This document shows, piece by piece, positions 52,208 to 64,000 of a stretch of DNA of 64,000 nucleotides. Within the stretch, counting starts at the first letter, position 1. Each line of letters begins with the position of its first letter. The stretch comes from Mobula hypostoma (lineage: Eukaryota). The stretch lies in assembly GCF_963921235.1 (NCBI RefSeq), contig NC_086099.1:104036001-104100000 (forward strand), in the 5' to 3' direction. Both the position numbers and the translations under genes were made by a program. Below the pieces are notes generated by a model. It was not told where the DNA came from and searched no databases. It saw nothing but the letters and a program-made list of their open reading frames with translations.

Positions 52208-52857
52208 GTTAGAGTTTCCAAATGTTCGACTTCATTCAGAAAATTATTCTTTCAGGTTCCCACTCCGGATACCAGGTACACACTCAGTTTGGGGTTGATG
52301 GCTACTGGCAGTAGTTTAGGTAGGTAAGGACATCCCATATACGGTTGAGCCTGAATAAAGAGACACTTTTGTATCTAGACCACATCAATACATCAATATT
52401 CCAGACCCTTGTGCCCAGGAACAATTCACGGACCATTCAGAAATCTGATGGCGGAGGGGAAGAAGGTGCTCTAAAACACTGAGAGTTTATCTTTAGGTTC
52501 CTATGCCTCCTCCCTGATTATAGTCAGAAGAAGAGGTCACGCCACTAATGTTGGACATCCTGAATGATAGACTCTGTATCCTGGACAAAACGTATTTAGA
52601 AGGTGTTCTTGATGGTGGGTGGGCAGATGCCCGTGATGGGCCAGGCTGAAACAACGGCCTCTGCAGACTCTTACAATCCGGTCTATTGGTGTACACAGTC
52701 TAAATCAAGTGAATGAGCAATTGAACATCAGCTAGCACATGGGCTTCACACAGCAAGTTCTTGATATAGTGCGAAGGGAGTCAACTACAAAGTGAGTTCT
52801 TCCACACTGGAATTAATGCTCACACGTAAGAGGGAAGATGTTCAAACACAATATGAT

Positions 52858-52987
52858 NNNNNNNNNNNNNNNNNNNNNNNNNNNNNNNNNNNNNNNNNNN
52901 NNNNNNNNNNNNNNNNNNNNNNNNNNNNNNNNNNNNNNNNNNNNNNNNNNNNNNNNNNNNNNNNNNNNNNNNNNNNNNNNNNNNNNN
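52858..52987. other. N run (130 nt) at the microsatellite homologue
   Basis: Same flanks as the other two N runs. Confidence 0.9.
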
Positions 52988-53670
52988 TCCTGTTATTCAC
53001 CCTCCTGTTAATGAGCCATTGAGTTTAAGGGACAGTTGGGATTAACAATTAGTGATAACCTGTGAATTAGCAAGAAGAAATGTAACATTTAATGGTCCAT
53101 CCTGACACTTGAGCTATTCTTGATGCCAACTTCAGTTTTCTCACATAGAACATAGAACATATAACAGTACACCACAATACAAGCCATTTTGCTCATGATG
53201 TTGTGTCGACATTTTAACTTCCTCCAAAATCACTCCAATGCTTTCCTCACACATTGTCTTCCATTTTTCTTCCATCCACGTGCCTATCATAAATGTCTTT
53301 AATATATCTGCCTTCAACACCACCCCGGCACCTCGTTTCATGCAGCCATCTATCTCTGTACAAAAAACGTAGCTCTGACCTGCACCTATACTTTACTCTA
53401 ATCACCTTAAAATTTAGTCCTCTCATATACATCATTTACTTCCTGGGAAAAGGACACTGAATGTTCACTCTGTTAATGTCTCTCACCATTGTTTACACTG
53501 CTGTAAAGTCAACTCTCGCCCTCCTACTTCCAAAGAGGAAAACCCAAGCTTGCTCAACCTTTCCTCATAATACATGATGTCTGATCCAGCCCATCTCCTC
53601 TGCAACCTCTCTGAAGCTTCCCCGTCCTCACTACAATGAGGCAATCAGAAATGAGCACAATATTTTAAGT

Positions 53671-54447
53671 CCTTCCAGGTGAGGCATCACTTCACCTGTG
53701 AGTCGACTGGGGTGATATACTGCGTCCGGTGCTCCCGATGTGGCCTTTTATATATTGGTGAGACCCGACGCAGACTGGGAGACCGCTTTGCTGAAAATCT
53801 ACGCTCTGTCCGCCAGAGAAAGCAGGATCTCCCAGTGGCTACACATTTTAATTCCATGTCCCATTCCCATTCTGACATGTCTATCCACGGCCTCCTCTAC
53901 TGTAAAGATGGATCCACACTCAGGTTGGAGGAACAACACCTTATATTCCGTCTGGGTAGCTTCCAACCTGATGGCATGAACATCGACTTCTCTAACTTCC
54001 ACTAAGGCCCCACCTCCCCATCGTATCCCATCTGTTACTCATTTTTATGCACACATTCTTTCTCTCACTCTCCTTTTTCTCCCTCTGTCCCTCTGAATAT
54101 ACCTCTTGCCCATCCTCTTGGTCACCCCCCGCTCCTTGTCTTTCTTCCCGGACCTCCTGTCCCATGATCCTCTCGTATCCCCTTTTGCCTATCACCTGTC
54201 CAGCTCTCGGCTCTATCCCTCCCCCTCCTGTCTTCTCCTATCATTTTGCATCTCCCCCTCCCCCTCCAGCTTTCAAATCCCTTACTCACTCTTCCTTCAG
54301 TTAGTCCTGACGAGGGGTCTCGGCCTGAAACGTCGACTGCACCTCTTCCTATAGATGCTGCTTGGCCTGCTGCGTTCACCAGCAACTTTGATGTATGTTG
54401 CTTGAATTTCCAGCATCTGCAGAATTCCTGTTGTTAGCTTTTATTTT
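53671..54447 (+). mobile_element. 5'-truncated Penelope-like element (same family as 249-1248)
   Basis: GIY-YIG ORF 53679-54005; 15-bp TSD CACAATATTTTAAGT at 53656-53670 and 54448-54462; empty site at about 27379-27393. Confidence 0.92.
54302..54339 (+). ncRNA. Minimal type I hammerhead ribozyme
   Basis: UAGUC-CUGACGA-GGGGUCUCGGCCU-GAAA-CGUC-GACUG; predicted cleavage after 54334. Confidence 0.85.
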
Positions 54448-57333
54448 CACAATATTTTAAGTGTGGTCTAATCAGAGTTGTCCAGAAATGCAAAATTATC
54501 TTGTAACTCTTCAACTCTGTTACTCAACTTCTGAAAGGCAAAACATCATGGCGTTCTCAAACACTTTACCAATCTGCACATCATTTTTGAAAGATATACA
54601 TACATGGACCCCACAATCTCTTTGTTCCTCCATACTGCTACGAATTCTGCCATTAACCCTGTACCTGGCCTTCAAGTCCAAACTCACAAAATGTATCACT
54701 TCACGCTTTTCCAGATTAAACTCCATCTCCCACTTATGCATCCTTCAATTTCCCATTATAACCTACGGCAACCTTCTACACTATCCACAACATCGCCAAC
54801 CCTTGCAACACCTAGAAACTTACTAAGCTGTCCAACTACTTACTCATCCAAGTCATTTCTAAATATCACAGAGAACAAGGCTCTCATAACAGATCACTGT
54901 GAAACACCTCTGGATACCAACCTGCAGGCAGAATATGCTCCATCTACCACCCTCTGCCTTCTGTGGGCAAGCCAATTCTGTATCCATGAGGCCTCCTGAA
55001 TTTTCGAGTGAGCATGCTATTGGGAGCCTTCTCAAATACCTTACTAAAAGCCATATACACCACATCCACAGCTCTGTCTTAATCAAATTGTATGCTCATT
55101 TCCTTGCAAAATTCAATCTGTCCTTTCCAAACTCACACTGACTATCCCTGATCAAGTCTATGCTTCTCCAAATGTAAATCCTGTCTCAAAGACTTCTCTC
55201 CAATCATTTACCCACCAATGGCATAAGATTCACAGATCTATCATTCCGAGATTTATCCAAATTACCTTACTTGAACAAAGAAATAATATTTGTACACCTC
55301 CAATCTTCTGGTACTACTATTGTGAACAGTAAGAATGCAAAGATCATCACTAAAGGTGCAGCAATCTCTTCTGTTGCTCTCTCAGTACCAGGGGTAAACC
55401 TCGTTCAGTCACAGGGAATTACCTATCCGAATGTTTCTCAAGAGTTCTACACATCCTCTTTCTTAATGTTGACATGTCACAGCCTGTTCAATGATAACCA
55501 CACATTTGTGAAGCTCCCTCCCGTTGGTGAATGGTGAAACAAAGTACTCATTGAGGACCTCCCCTGATCCTTCAAATAAAAGTATGTTTCCACTTTTATC
55601 TCTGACGCTCATAACTCAAGCTAATCATCCTCTGGTTCTTCACATACAGTACATGTAGAATGAGCTGATGTTTTCCTTAATCTTACTCACCAAGGTCTTC
55701 TCATGTCCTTTTCTGGCTCTCCAAAATCCAGTCTTAATCTCCTCCTGGCTACCTTATAATTCTTCAAGCCCAAAATTTCAGTTTCTGGTCTGATGTTAAT
55801 TGCACTGCAGATCCAGTTTGTCTGTGTTAAGTTACAATGACAGGTATGTCAATTGCCCTGACAAAGAATCTTCTGTCTCAACGATTCAACAATTCAGTGA
55901 CATTGTACTAATCTGTGCCCTTCATCTGTGCAGTTGACTAAATGTCTCAACTATCTCAGTGTGTTTTAACCAAGATGAGTTCAGCGATTTCAATTTACCG
56001 GCATTTCAGGCGTTGTATGCAAATATTTAAAGTGTCATGAGGCAAACTTGAGCTCAGCTATACAGCACTATATACATTGTACATTGTGCTTATGATAATT
56101 ATCCCTTGAAAATATCACCCATTATCTTAATTCTCCGAATACAAAACATTAAATTTAAGCTGAAATTTTTGAAACCCGCTAAAATTCCCCACAGCCATTG
56201 TGCAGATTTGGCTGAGGACCCACTGCTCTTCATTCTTTAATTAGTTCATTTATTAAATGAAGAAACACAGGACCATATACTGAAGATTCAGAACCACTGA
56301 CAACGAATTCTTTTTTAGAAATACAATTTATTGTAATTTCTTAAATACATTTGAGCAATATTCAACAAATTTATTCACATATAAGAAAAGTCCAGCTTTG
56401 ATGGATAATAAACTGAATCCAGTCAGTAAAAGTTCCCTCAAGACAAAATATTTCCATCCACATTTAAAGTTTATTCTTACTTAAAACTTTTATTTCATCC
56501 AGTGATTATCAGACTATTAGCAGCACTATCTTCTAAAATGTAGATATTTTACAGAAAAATTACATCAGTGGAGAGTTTACTTCAACAGATTCTAGATAGA
56601 TTCTAAAATCTGACGCTTTACAAAAAAAACCATATTTTCATGAAAATATCAACTGTCAAAAACTTGCAGTAAAAAGGCACAAGGTGATTTCAGACATTTT
56701 TACTGTTATTTCTATAGAAGAATGTTTCATTCAAATTAGAACACTTTTCGTCCGATGTACTGCCATCAGTATATCACCATTTCCGAAATAATTTAAGCAG
56801 GAAAGGGGAAGGTAGGAGTGGGAATTGTTGGAAACAATCCCATGGATCCACCTGCTTTAATTTCAGGGATGGCAGAGAGCACAGTCCACCACCCATCACT
56901 GGCTTTTCTTGCGGACTGAGATCATTTTAACTCTGTAGTCATGGAGATTCATCCACCATCTTAGTTTAATACCACCATCATCTCCTAACCCGATAGCTAA
57001 TATTATATTTTAGCAAATGACTCCAGTCTCATTTACACTTTTCCACAAGGTCACATGTCCAGAATCTACTTTAATTACCAGAAATTGCACAAGAACCCTA
57101 CGATTTTCACAAAATGTAACACAAACATCAGATGGTGTCCTCAAATGCAAACAGGTCGTGTGTCCAGGTAAAAAAAATGTCCTGTGACAGGGAGGAAGAG
57201 CAAGATCACTCTCCGAAGACAATGAAGAGGAGACACTGGATGGTGATATCACAGAGTCAACACCCAGGGCTGAGCTTCCATCTTTCCCCATCGGATAATC
57301 TAGAGATGGAATTCATTCGCTCATTTCGCTGCT

Positions 57334-59047
57334 TCAGTTTTTTGATTTGTGTTGTTTCCCACCTGTAAAATTATTGAATAATTTGTATCATTATCCACAG
57401 ATTTTCAGTATGTAGTATCTCAAGCAACAGCGTTAAATGAGTTTTCAAACTGACTTTCCACAAAAAGATGCCTTGGAAACTTGCTCGTACCTCATTGATA
57501 TTGCAAAAGGTATAAACCAAACTGCATCGTACTGTGTTCAAGTTCATTTCTAATTTCTCACAAAGTTACACCATGCAGGCATGTGATGTACCATTGCTGA
57601 CTTCCCTGGCATCAACAGTTCATTATCTACTGCATTGATCTGAGTTGAATCACTTTCTGACACCCATTTACCATCCTATCATCTCTTTACAAGGAAAAAA
57701 TCTAGAGCAGGACTTCCCACCTTTTATTGTGCTATGGACTTCGTGTTGTGAACCCCTGTTCTAGAGAGTGAACACCATCATTAAGCAAGGGATCCATAGA
57801 CCCCATTGCAGGGAACCCCTCTTCCAGAAAGTAAACACTGTCTGTAGCTCCAACACCAAGATGCTGGAGACCATCCAGGACAAAACATTCTGTGCAACTG
57901 GCACGCCAATAATTTATTCACCCAACTGCCCCTATTCTATGGCTGCAAACAATGGTAAAAATCATTATTTAATATTTTATTCTAAACATCACTGGATAGA
58001 CGATAAATCATTCGTCATTCATTAATCTCAGCTGGAATTAAAAGGTGTGATAAACAGTTTCAGACATCAGTTCTGCAATTAATAGCTTTATGGTGACCCA
58101 ATCTCTACTTCCTGGTCCCTACCACAGTTCCAAGGAACATTAATAATGTGAGAGGCTCAGCTCTGACAGCAAGCATGGCGATTGAGTTTGCTGTCATTCC
58201 AGGTTACGGTTGGAATGACAGTGAGGAGCAGACAGCTCCCTCCACTATGAAGGGCCAGAGTCACACAGCAAAAACAATTCTTTACATCTACGTTACTTAG
58301 CAGCTTAAGAGTAAAATTTTGACAAGCACCAAACACTGACCTTTCATGGCTGTTATGAGAGCCTGCAACCACCTGGCATCAGGATCCACACACACTTTCG
58401 TCTCATTTTTCAGGGTGACACTGCGAAAAGACAGTATCATTCAAAATTTAATTCACAGAAACAGTATGTCTTCTCTTGAAATAATGAAATAAACATCAGT
58501 AAAGGAATGAAGTTAAAGTTGATAATCTGGCTGCTTTACTCACATTATCTCTGCTCTCTCACAGTGGGATCCTTTGGGAATGTATTTCAAGCTCCTGATG
58601 GACTTCGGATGAATAATATCAAAGCTGATCCGAATGCAATGGCACCGTCCTTGTCCTCCTGGGATCGGAACACCTGAGGAAAGATTATATTCACTCAGAT
58701 TTCATTGTTGCTTCAAGGAGAACAAAACCTGTAAAACTTGCTGATACTCCACCAGTGTTTTTGCTTCATCAAAGCATCACCAGACAGGAGCTTGCACATC
58801 TCACTGTCAAATGTTGCAGGAAAGCTGCATGAATTAATCTTATATACATCTGATGTTGATGCAATTTACAGTTACAGATATTTAAATATTTCTCACTTTC
58901 ATTCCTTTCTACATTGTAAACAATACAAGAACCACAAAATAGGTACATCACTTGAATAAAACTCCAGTTCAGATATCTCAACGTACCCTGTGCAGCAATG
59001 GCACACAGAAGGAGGATGACGATGGTCACAGTGGCTGTTCTGTCCAT
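57334..59047 (-). CDS. CXC chemokine copy 5; exons 59047-58987, 58673-58544, 58420-58341, 57362-57334; 99 aa
   Basis: Mature region VPIPGGQGRCHCIRISFDIIHPKSIRSLKYIPKGSHCERAEIIVTLKNETKVCVDPDARWLQALITAMKGGKQHKSKN*; intron-1 donor is GTACGT. Confidence 0.93.
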
Positions 59048-59135
59048 CTTCCACTTTGTACAGCAGACGGATCTTCTGTTCAATGCAGCTGTTCTCTGCT
59101 GAATCAAGACATGCTGAAACCATTCAGTGAGCTTC

Positions 59136-59251
59136 TATTTATTGGGACACTCTTCTCCAATTTGCATAATCTCATGCAGGGAACTCTGCCAAACACTGAC
59201 ATCCTGAAGCAGGGGATTTCCTGCTCCCAGCTCAGATCTACTTTCACTTCT
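59136..59251 (-). promoter_or_regulatory. Proximal promoter of copy 5
   Basis: GGGGATTTCC at 59212-59221; other motifs conserved, but the CRE-like TGACGT of copies 1-4 reads TGACAT here. Confidence 0.7.
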
Positions 59252-61284
59252 GTAGCTTTACATTTCAGCATGTGTGTGCTTCAGAGCTGTAATAGGATTA
59301 TCTATCAATATAGCTGTTGATTCTGTTGGACTAATTTGAAGATTGATTTGTTTATTTTCAGGAAGAAATGAATAATTCACTTTTAGCAAAGTTAATGGTG
59401 CAAATGAACCAATTGTTTGCTTTCTAGCTTTCAAATTCCAGTTCTGGGCCTTATTCTCACAGGTTTGGAAGGTCTGCAGTTCAGGACAGCATGCTCACTA
59501 CAAGATGGAGTTTGTACCTACGATTTCCGGGAAATTGCTCTCCCATTCAAAATCTTCATGTTGCAGCATGTCTCCCAGCTCTTTAATGTTGCAGGTTTGG
59601 AAAATACATAGATATTTCCAACATTTGATACAATCCACACTTTGTCTGAAGAATCAGTATGTTGCTGCATTGGTCCCAGACCTGGAATCATTCTTAAAAC
59701 TTATCCATCCTCAGTGTTCACATTCTAAATCCCTGCACACCTCAGCACTGAGATTAAGTTTTCGGGGATCCCAAATCATACTCAGCTCATAGATAGGCTT
59801 ATTGCGATGCTGAAGCTGCTGTTTTATAGCTCCAGGAGTCTTGAGTATGTGTTTACTTATACCTTCAGGATATGCAGTCTTTGCTGTATAGAATAATGTC
59901 TAGTCCTCAAGCCATTCTATACCCGATGACAACTACATTACAATATTCTCAAAAGCACACACAAAATACTGGAGGAACTCAGCAAGTCAGGCAGTTTTGT
60001 GCAGATGTGAATATAGAATAGAGCCTGATCTCTGAAACATGATATATCCTACCATTGAATAAGCTTACTCAATTAAACGTTTAAACCTCAAGTATTATAC
60101 TCAATTATTCTCTGGAGTTTATTTAACACTTCTCCAATGTCTCTACCAGTCCCACACACAAGTGATAGGATACATTATGTATAGATAGTGGGTTTATATG
60201 CGAGCAAAAATATTTGTGTAGAGAATGGTGTGGGATAAGTTGGACAATATTGCAAGATCTGACCAGGTTATTATGTGCTGTAATAAGGCTTTTGCTGGAA
60301 TATTTGCTGCAGCAACAACTGTTCATTGTGCTCGTTGTCCGAGAGGACGAAACATCAGCTTCAGGGCTTTCTGGAGCTGGTTCAAGTTTTAGTTCCCAGA
60401 TTTGTGAATTGTGGAGCCTGGAGCCGTGTTGACTCCTCCCCCTGGGGAAAGTACAAACATCAGTGAAATTCAGAACTGCAGCACAGATTGCAGCCAGTGT
60501 TTGTGAGACCATGTGATTTCCAGGAAATCAGCTTGTTTTATGCTTCATGATGTTCTATACATTGAAGTCTACACTTGCTCCTGTTTGCTTATCATTTGAA
60601 ATATATCACAACAAACAAAAAGACTATTCCCAGATCAGCCATGTTATAAGCATGTTGGAGTAAACAGAAGCAATCTGTCTTACGTGTGTATAATAATTTT
60701 TACCGTTCTCCATTAACAAAGATAATGAGTTCCACGGGAGGTACAAGGCCAGGAGCCAACTTCTACTGCACTGGTAAAATGAATTGTTAATATATTAAAT
60801 TCACCCATATCAGTAGTTCATGAAAATCAACAAATTAATCAGCACGTCTAAAATTCAACACAGGGGCACGTGTTTTTTTTCCAGAAAACCTGCACTTGAC
60901 AACCACGAGATTCCTGTACAACACTAGCAATATATTCAATGTCAGAAACTGCTTCCCTTTCTTTGGCTGTTGCATCCAATAATTTCCAAAGTTATGTTTT
61001 GATGCAGCTCTTTCAATACCACCTAGCTACTTTGCCCAGGTTGCAGAGGTGGACCCAGTGTAATCAGTCTCCAAGTAGATTTAAACTGAACTATGTGAGG
61101 AATACAAAAGTGAATTGATTTTCTCAGCATTGGTGGCCAAAGCAGATTAAATTCTGATCCTGACTTTGCTTAACCGCACATACTGTAAAAAAGAGACAGT
61201 ACATATCCATCCTCAGTCTGTCAGATTTCACTGACACACTGACGTCCATTCCAGTGTCAGGTGTGATAGGATTTGCGATGTTAG

Positions 61285-63749
61285 GGGCAAACTCCCATAC
61301 TCCCATACTGTTAGGGGTCTAGATAGTTTAGAGTTTGTAAAATGTGTTCAGGAAAGTTTTCTAAATCAATATATTGAGGGACCAACTAGAGGGGATGCAA
61401 TATTGGATCTCCTGTTAGGAAACGAGTTAGGACAAGTGACGGAAGTCTGTGTAGGGGAGCACTTTGGTTCCAGTGATCATAACACCATAAGTTTCAATTT
61501 GATCATGGACAAAGATAGATCTGGTCCTAGGGTTGAAGTTCTGAACTGGAAGAGGGCCAAATTTGAAGAAATGAGAAAGGATCTAAAAAGCGTGGATTGG
61601 GACAGGTTGTTCTCTGACAAAGATGTGATTGGTAGGTGGGAATCCTTCAAAGGCGAAATTTTGAGAGTGCAGAGTTTGTATGTTCCTGTCAGGATTAAAG
61701 GCAAATTGAATAGAAATAAGGAACCTTGGTTCTCAAGGGATATTGCAACTCTGATAAAGAAGAAGAGGGAGTTGAATGAAATGTATAGGAAACAGGGGGT
61801 ATATCAGGTGCTTGAGGAGTATAAGAAGTGCAAGAAAATACTTAATTAGGAAAGTAATCAGGAGGGCTAAAAGAAGACATGAGGTTGCCTTGACAGTCAA
61901 AGTGAAGGAAAATCCAAAGAGCTTTTGCAGGTATATTAAGAGCAAAAGGATTGTAAGGGATAAAGTTGGTCCTCTTGAAGATCAGAGTGGTCGGCTATGT
62001 GCAGAACCAAAGGAAATGAGGGAGATCTTAAATAGGTTTTTTGCGTCTGTACTTACTAAGGAAACTGGCATGAAGTCTATGGAATTGAGGGAAACAAGTA
62101 GTGAGATCATGGAAACTGTACAGATTGAAAAGGAGGAGGTGATTGCTGACTTGAGGAAAATTAAAGTGGATAATTCCCCGGGACCTGTCAGAGTGTTCCC
62201 TCGGACCTTGAAGGAGACTAGTGTTGAAATTGCGGGGGCCCTGGCAGAAATATTTAAAATGTCGCTGTCTACGGGTGAGGTGCCGGAGGATTGGAGAGTG
62301 GCTCATGTTGTTCCGTTGTTTGAAAAAGGATCGAAAAGTAATCCGGGAAGTTATAGGCCGGTGAGTTTAACGTCGGTAGTAGGTAGGTTATTGGAGGGAG
62401 TACTAAGAGACAGAATCTACAAGCATTTGGATAGACAGGGACTTATTAGGGAGAGTCAACATGGCTTTGTGCGTGGTAGGTCATGTTTGACCAATGTATT
62501 GGAGGTTTTCGAGGAGGTTACCAGCAAAGTGGATGAAGGGAAGGCAGTGGATATTGTCTACATGGATTTCAGTAAGGCCTTTGACAAGGTCCCACATGGG
62601 AGGTTAGTTAGGAAAATTCAGTCCCTAAGTATACATGGAGAGGTGGTAAATTGGATTAGACGTTGGCTCAATGGAAGAAGCCAAAGAGTGGTGGTAGAGA
62701 ATTGCTTCTCTGAGTGGAGGCCTGTGACTGGTGGTGTGCCACAGGGATCAGTGCTGGGTCCATTGTTATTTGCCATCTATATCAATGATCTGGATGATAA
62801 TATGGTAAATTGGATCAGCAAATTTGCTGATGATACAAAGATTGGAGGTGTAGTAGACAGTGAGGAAGGTTTTCAGAGCCTGCAGAGGGACTTGGACCAG
62901 CTGGGAAAATGGGCTGAAAAATGGCAGATGGAGTTTAATACAGACAAGTGTGAGGTATTGCACGTTGGAAGTTCAAACCAAGGTAGAACATACAGGGTTA
63001 ATGGTAAGGCACTGAGGAGTGCAGTAGAACAGAAGGATCTGGGAATACAGATACAAAATTCCCTAAAAGTGGCGTCACAAGTAGGTAGGGTCGTAAAGAG
63101 AACTTTTGGTACATTGGCCTTTATTAATCAAAGTATTGAGTATAAGAGCTGGAATGTTATGATGAGGTTGTATAAGGCATTGGTGAGGCCGAATCTGGAG
63201 TATTGTGTTCAGTTTTGGTCACCAAATTACAGGAAGGATATAAATAAGGTTGAAAAAGTGCAGAGAAGGTTTACAAGGATGTTGCCAGGACTTGAGAAAC
63301 TCAGTTACAGAGAAAGGTTGAATAGGTTAGGACTTTATTCCCTGGAGCGTAGAAGAATGAGGGGAGATTTGATAGAGGTATATAAAATTATGATGGGTAT
63401 AGATAGAGTGAATGCAAGCAGGCTTTTTCCACTGAGGCAAGGGGAGAAAAAAACCAGTTGACATGGGTTAAGGGTGAGGGGGGAAAAGTTTAAAGGGAAT
63501 ATTAGTGGGGGCTTCTTCACACAGAGAGTGGTGGGAGTATGGAATGAGCTGCCAGATGAGGTGGTAAATGCGGGCTCTTTATTAACATTTAAGAATAAAT
63601 TGGACAGATACATGGATGGGAGGTGTATGCAGGGATATGGTTCGTGTGCAGGTCAGTGGGACTAGGCATAAGATGGTTCGGCACAGCCAAGAAGGGCGAA
63701 AAGGCCGGTTTCTGGGCTGTAGTTTCTATGGTTTCTATGGTTTTCTATG
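61285..63749 (+). mobile_element. Young CR1 LINE (unit 5)
   Basis: ORF 61776-63461 RT; tail and GTTAG TSD. Confidence 0.95.
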
Positions 63750-63817
63750 GTTAGAGTTTCCAAATGTTCGACTTCATTCAGAAAATTATTCTTTCAGGTT
63801 CCCACTCCGGATACCAT

Positions 63818-64000
63818 TGTTACGTACCCCGTAACTGGGTTGCCAAACCAGCAGAAATGGATCACTCAGTTGGACTCTGGATGACTAGAACTAAGAAAGT
63901 TTTATTAAAGAAACAAGCAACACAGTACTCTAATCAAACAGATAATAAATGCAACAGTTCAGTAATGATAAACACACATGCACACAGAATTAAGATAACA
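63818..64000 (-). mobile_element. Start of another Gmr1-like LTR, cut by the window edge
   Basis: CCAT followed by TGTTACGTACCCCG at the same site as 36866. Confidence 0.9.

Larger units (their letters stand above)
53145..55745 (-). mobile_element. Old CR1 fragment (paralog) split by a Penelope insertion
   Basis: Matches 26867-28715 apart from the insertion and small deletions. Confidence 0.85.
14493..64000 (-). repeat. Direct tandem segmental duplication, four chemokine-bearing units
   Basis: ATG-to-ATG spacing is 14630, 15484 and 11534 bp. Genes, flanks and old TEs recur; length differences are explained by Gypsy and Penelope presence and small deletions. Confidence 0.95.

Noticed and set aside
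61776-63461. Active autonomous CR1
   Set aside because: 5'-truncated within the endonuclease, frameshifted, and has a premature stop near the ORF2 end.
14493-64000. Whole array as a false duplication of two haplotypes
   Set aside because: Five distinct versions with private TSD-flanked insertions and deletions exceed what two alleles explain; read depth should still be checked.

Overview
Vertebrate genomic DNA, not prokaryotic. The repeat content (CR1, Penelope, Gmr1-type Gypsy, fish-type L1) and the chemokine suggest a cartilaginous fish, probably a ray; this is inference only. The key content is absent from the ORF track: five intact, near-identical four-exon genes for a secreted non-ELR CXC chemokine (signal peptide MDRTATVTIVILLLCAIAAQG, motif QGR-CHC, CXCL9/10/11- or fish CXCL8-like, 99-103 aa). 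Copy 1 is on + (3932-6727). Copies 2-5 are on - in a direct tandem array with 11.5-15.5 kb spacing (ATGs at 17399, 32029, 47513, 59047), so copies 1 and 2 form a tail-to-tail palindrome with an L1 3' end and two solo LTRs in its spacer. Each copy keeps an IRF + NF-kB + C/EBP-octamer + TATA-like promoter and upstream STAT (GAS) motifs. The copies differ mostly by nonsynonymous changes in the mature domain, are mosaics of one another, and copy 1 has a frameshifted C-terminus. Units carry polymorphic insertions: young CR1, a Gmr1-like gag(SCAN-like)-protease element with a tRNA-Pro PBS, and Penelope elements with minimal hammerhead ribozymes. All analysis was done by eye; no searches were run.
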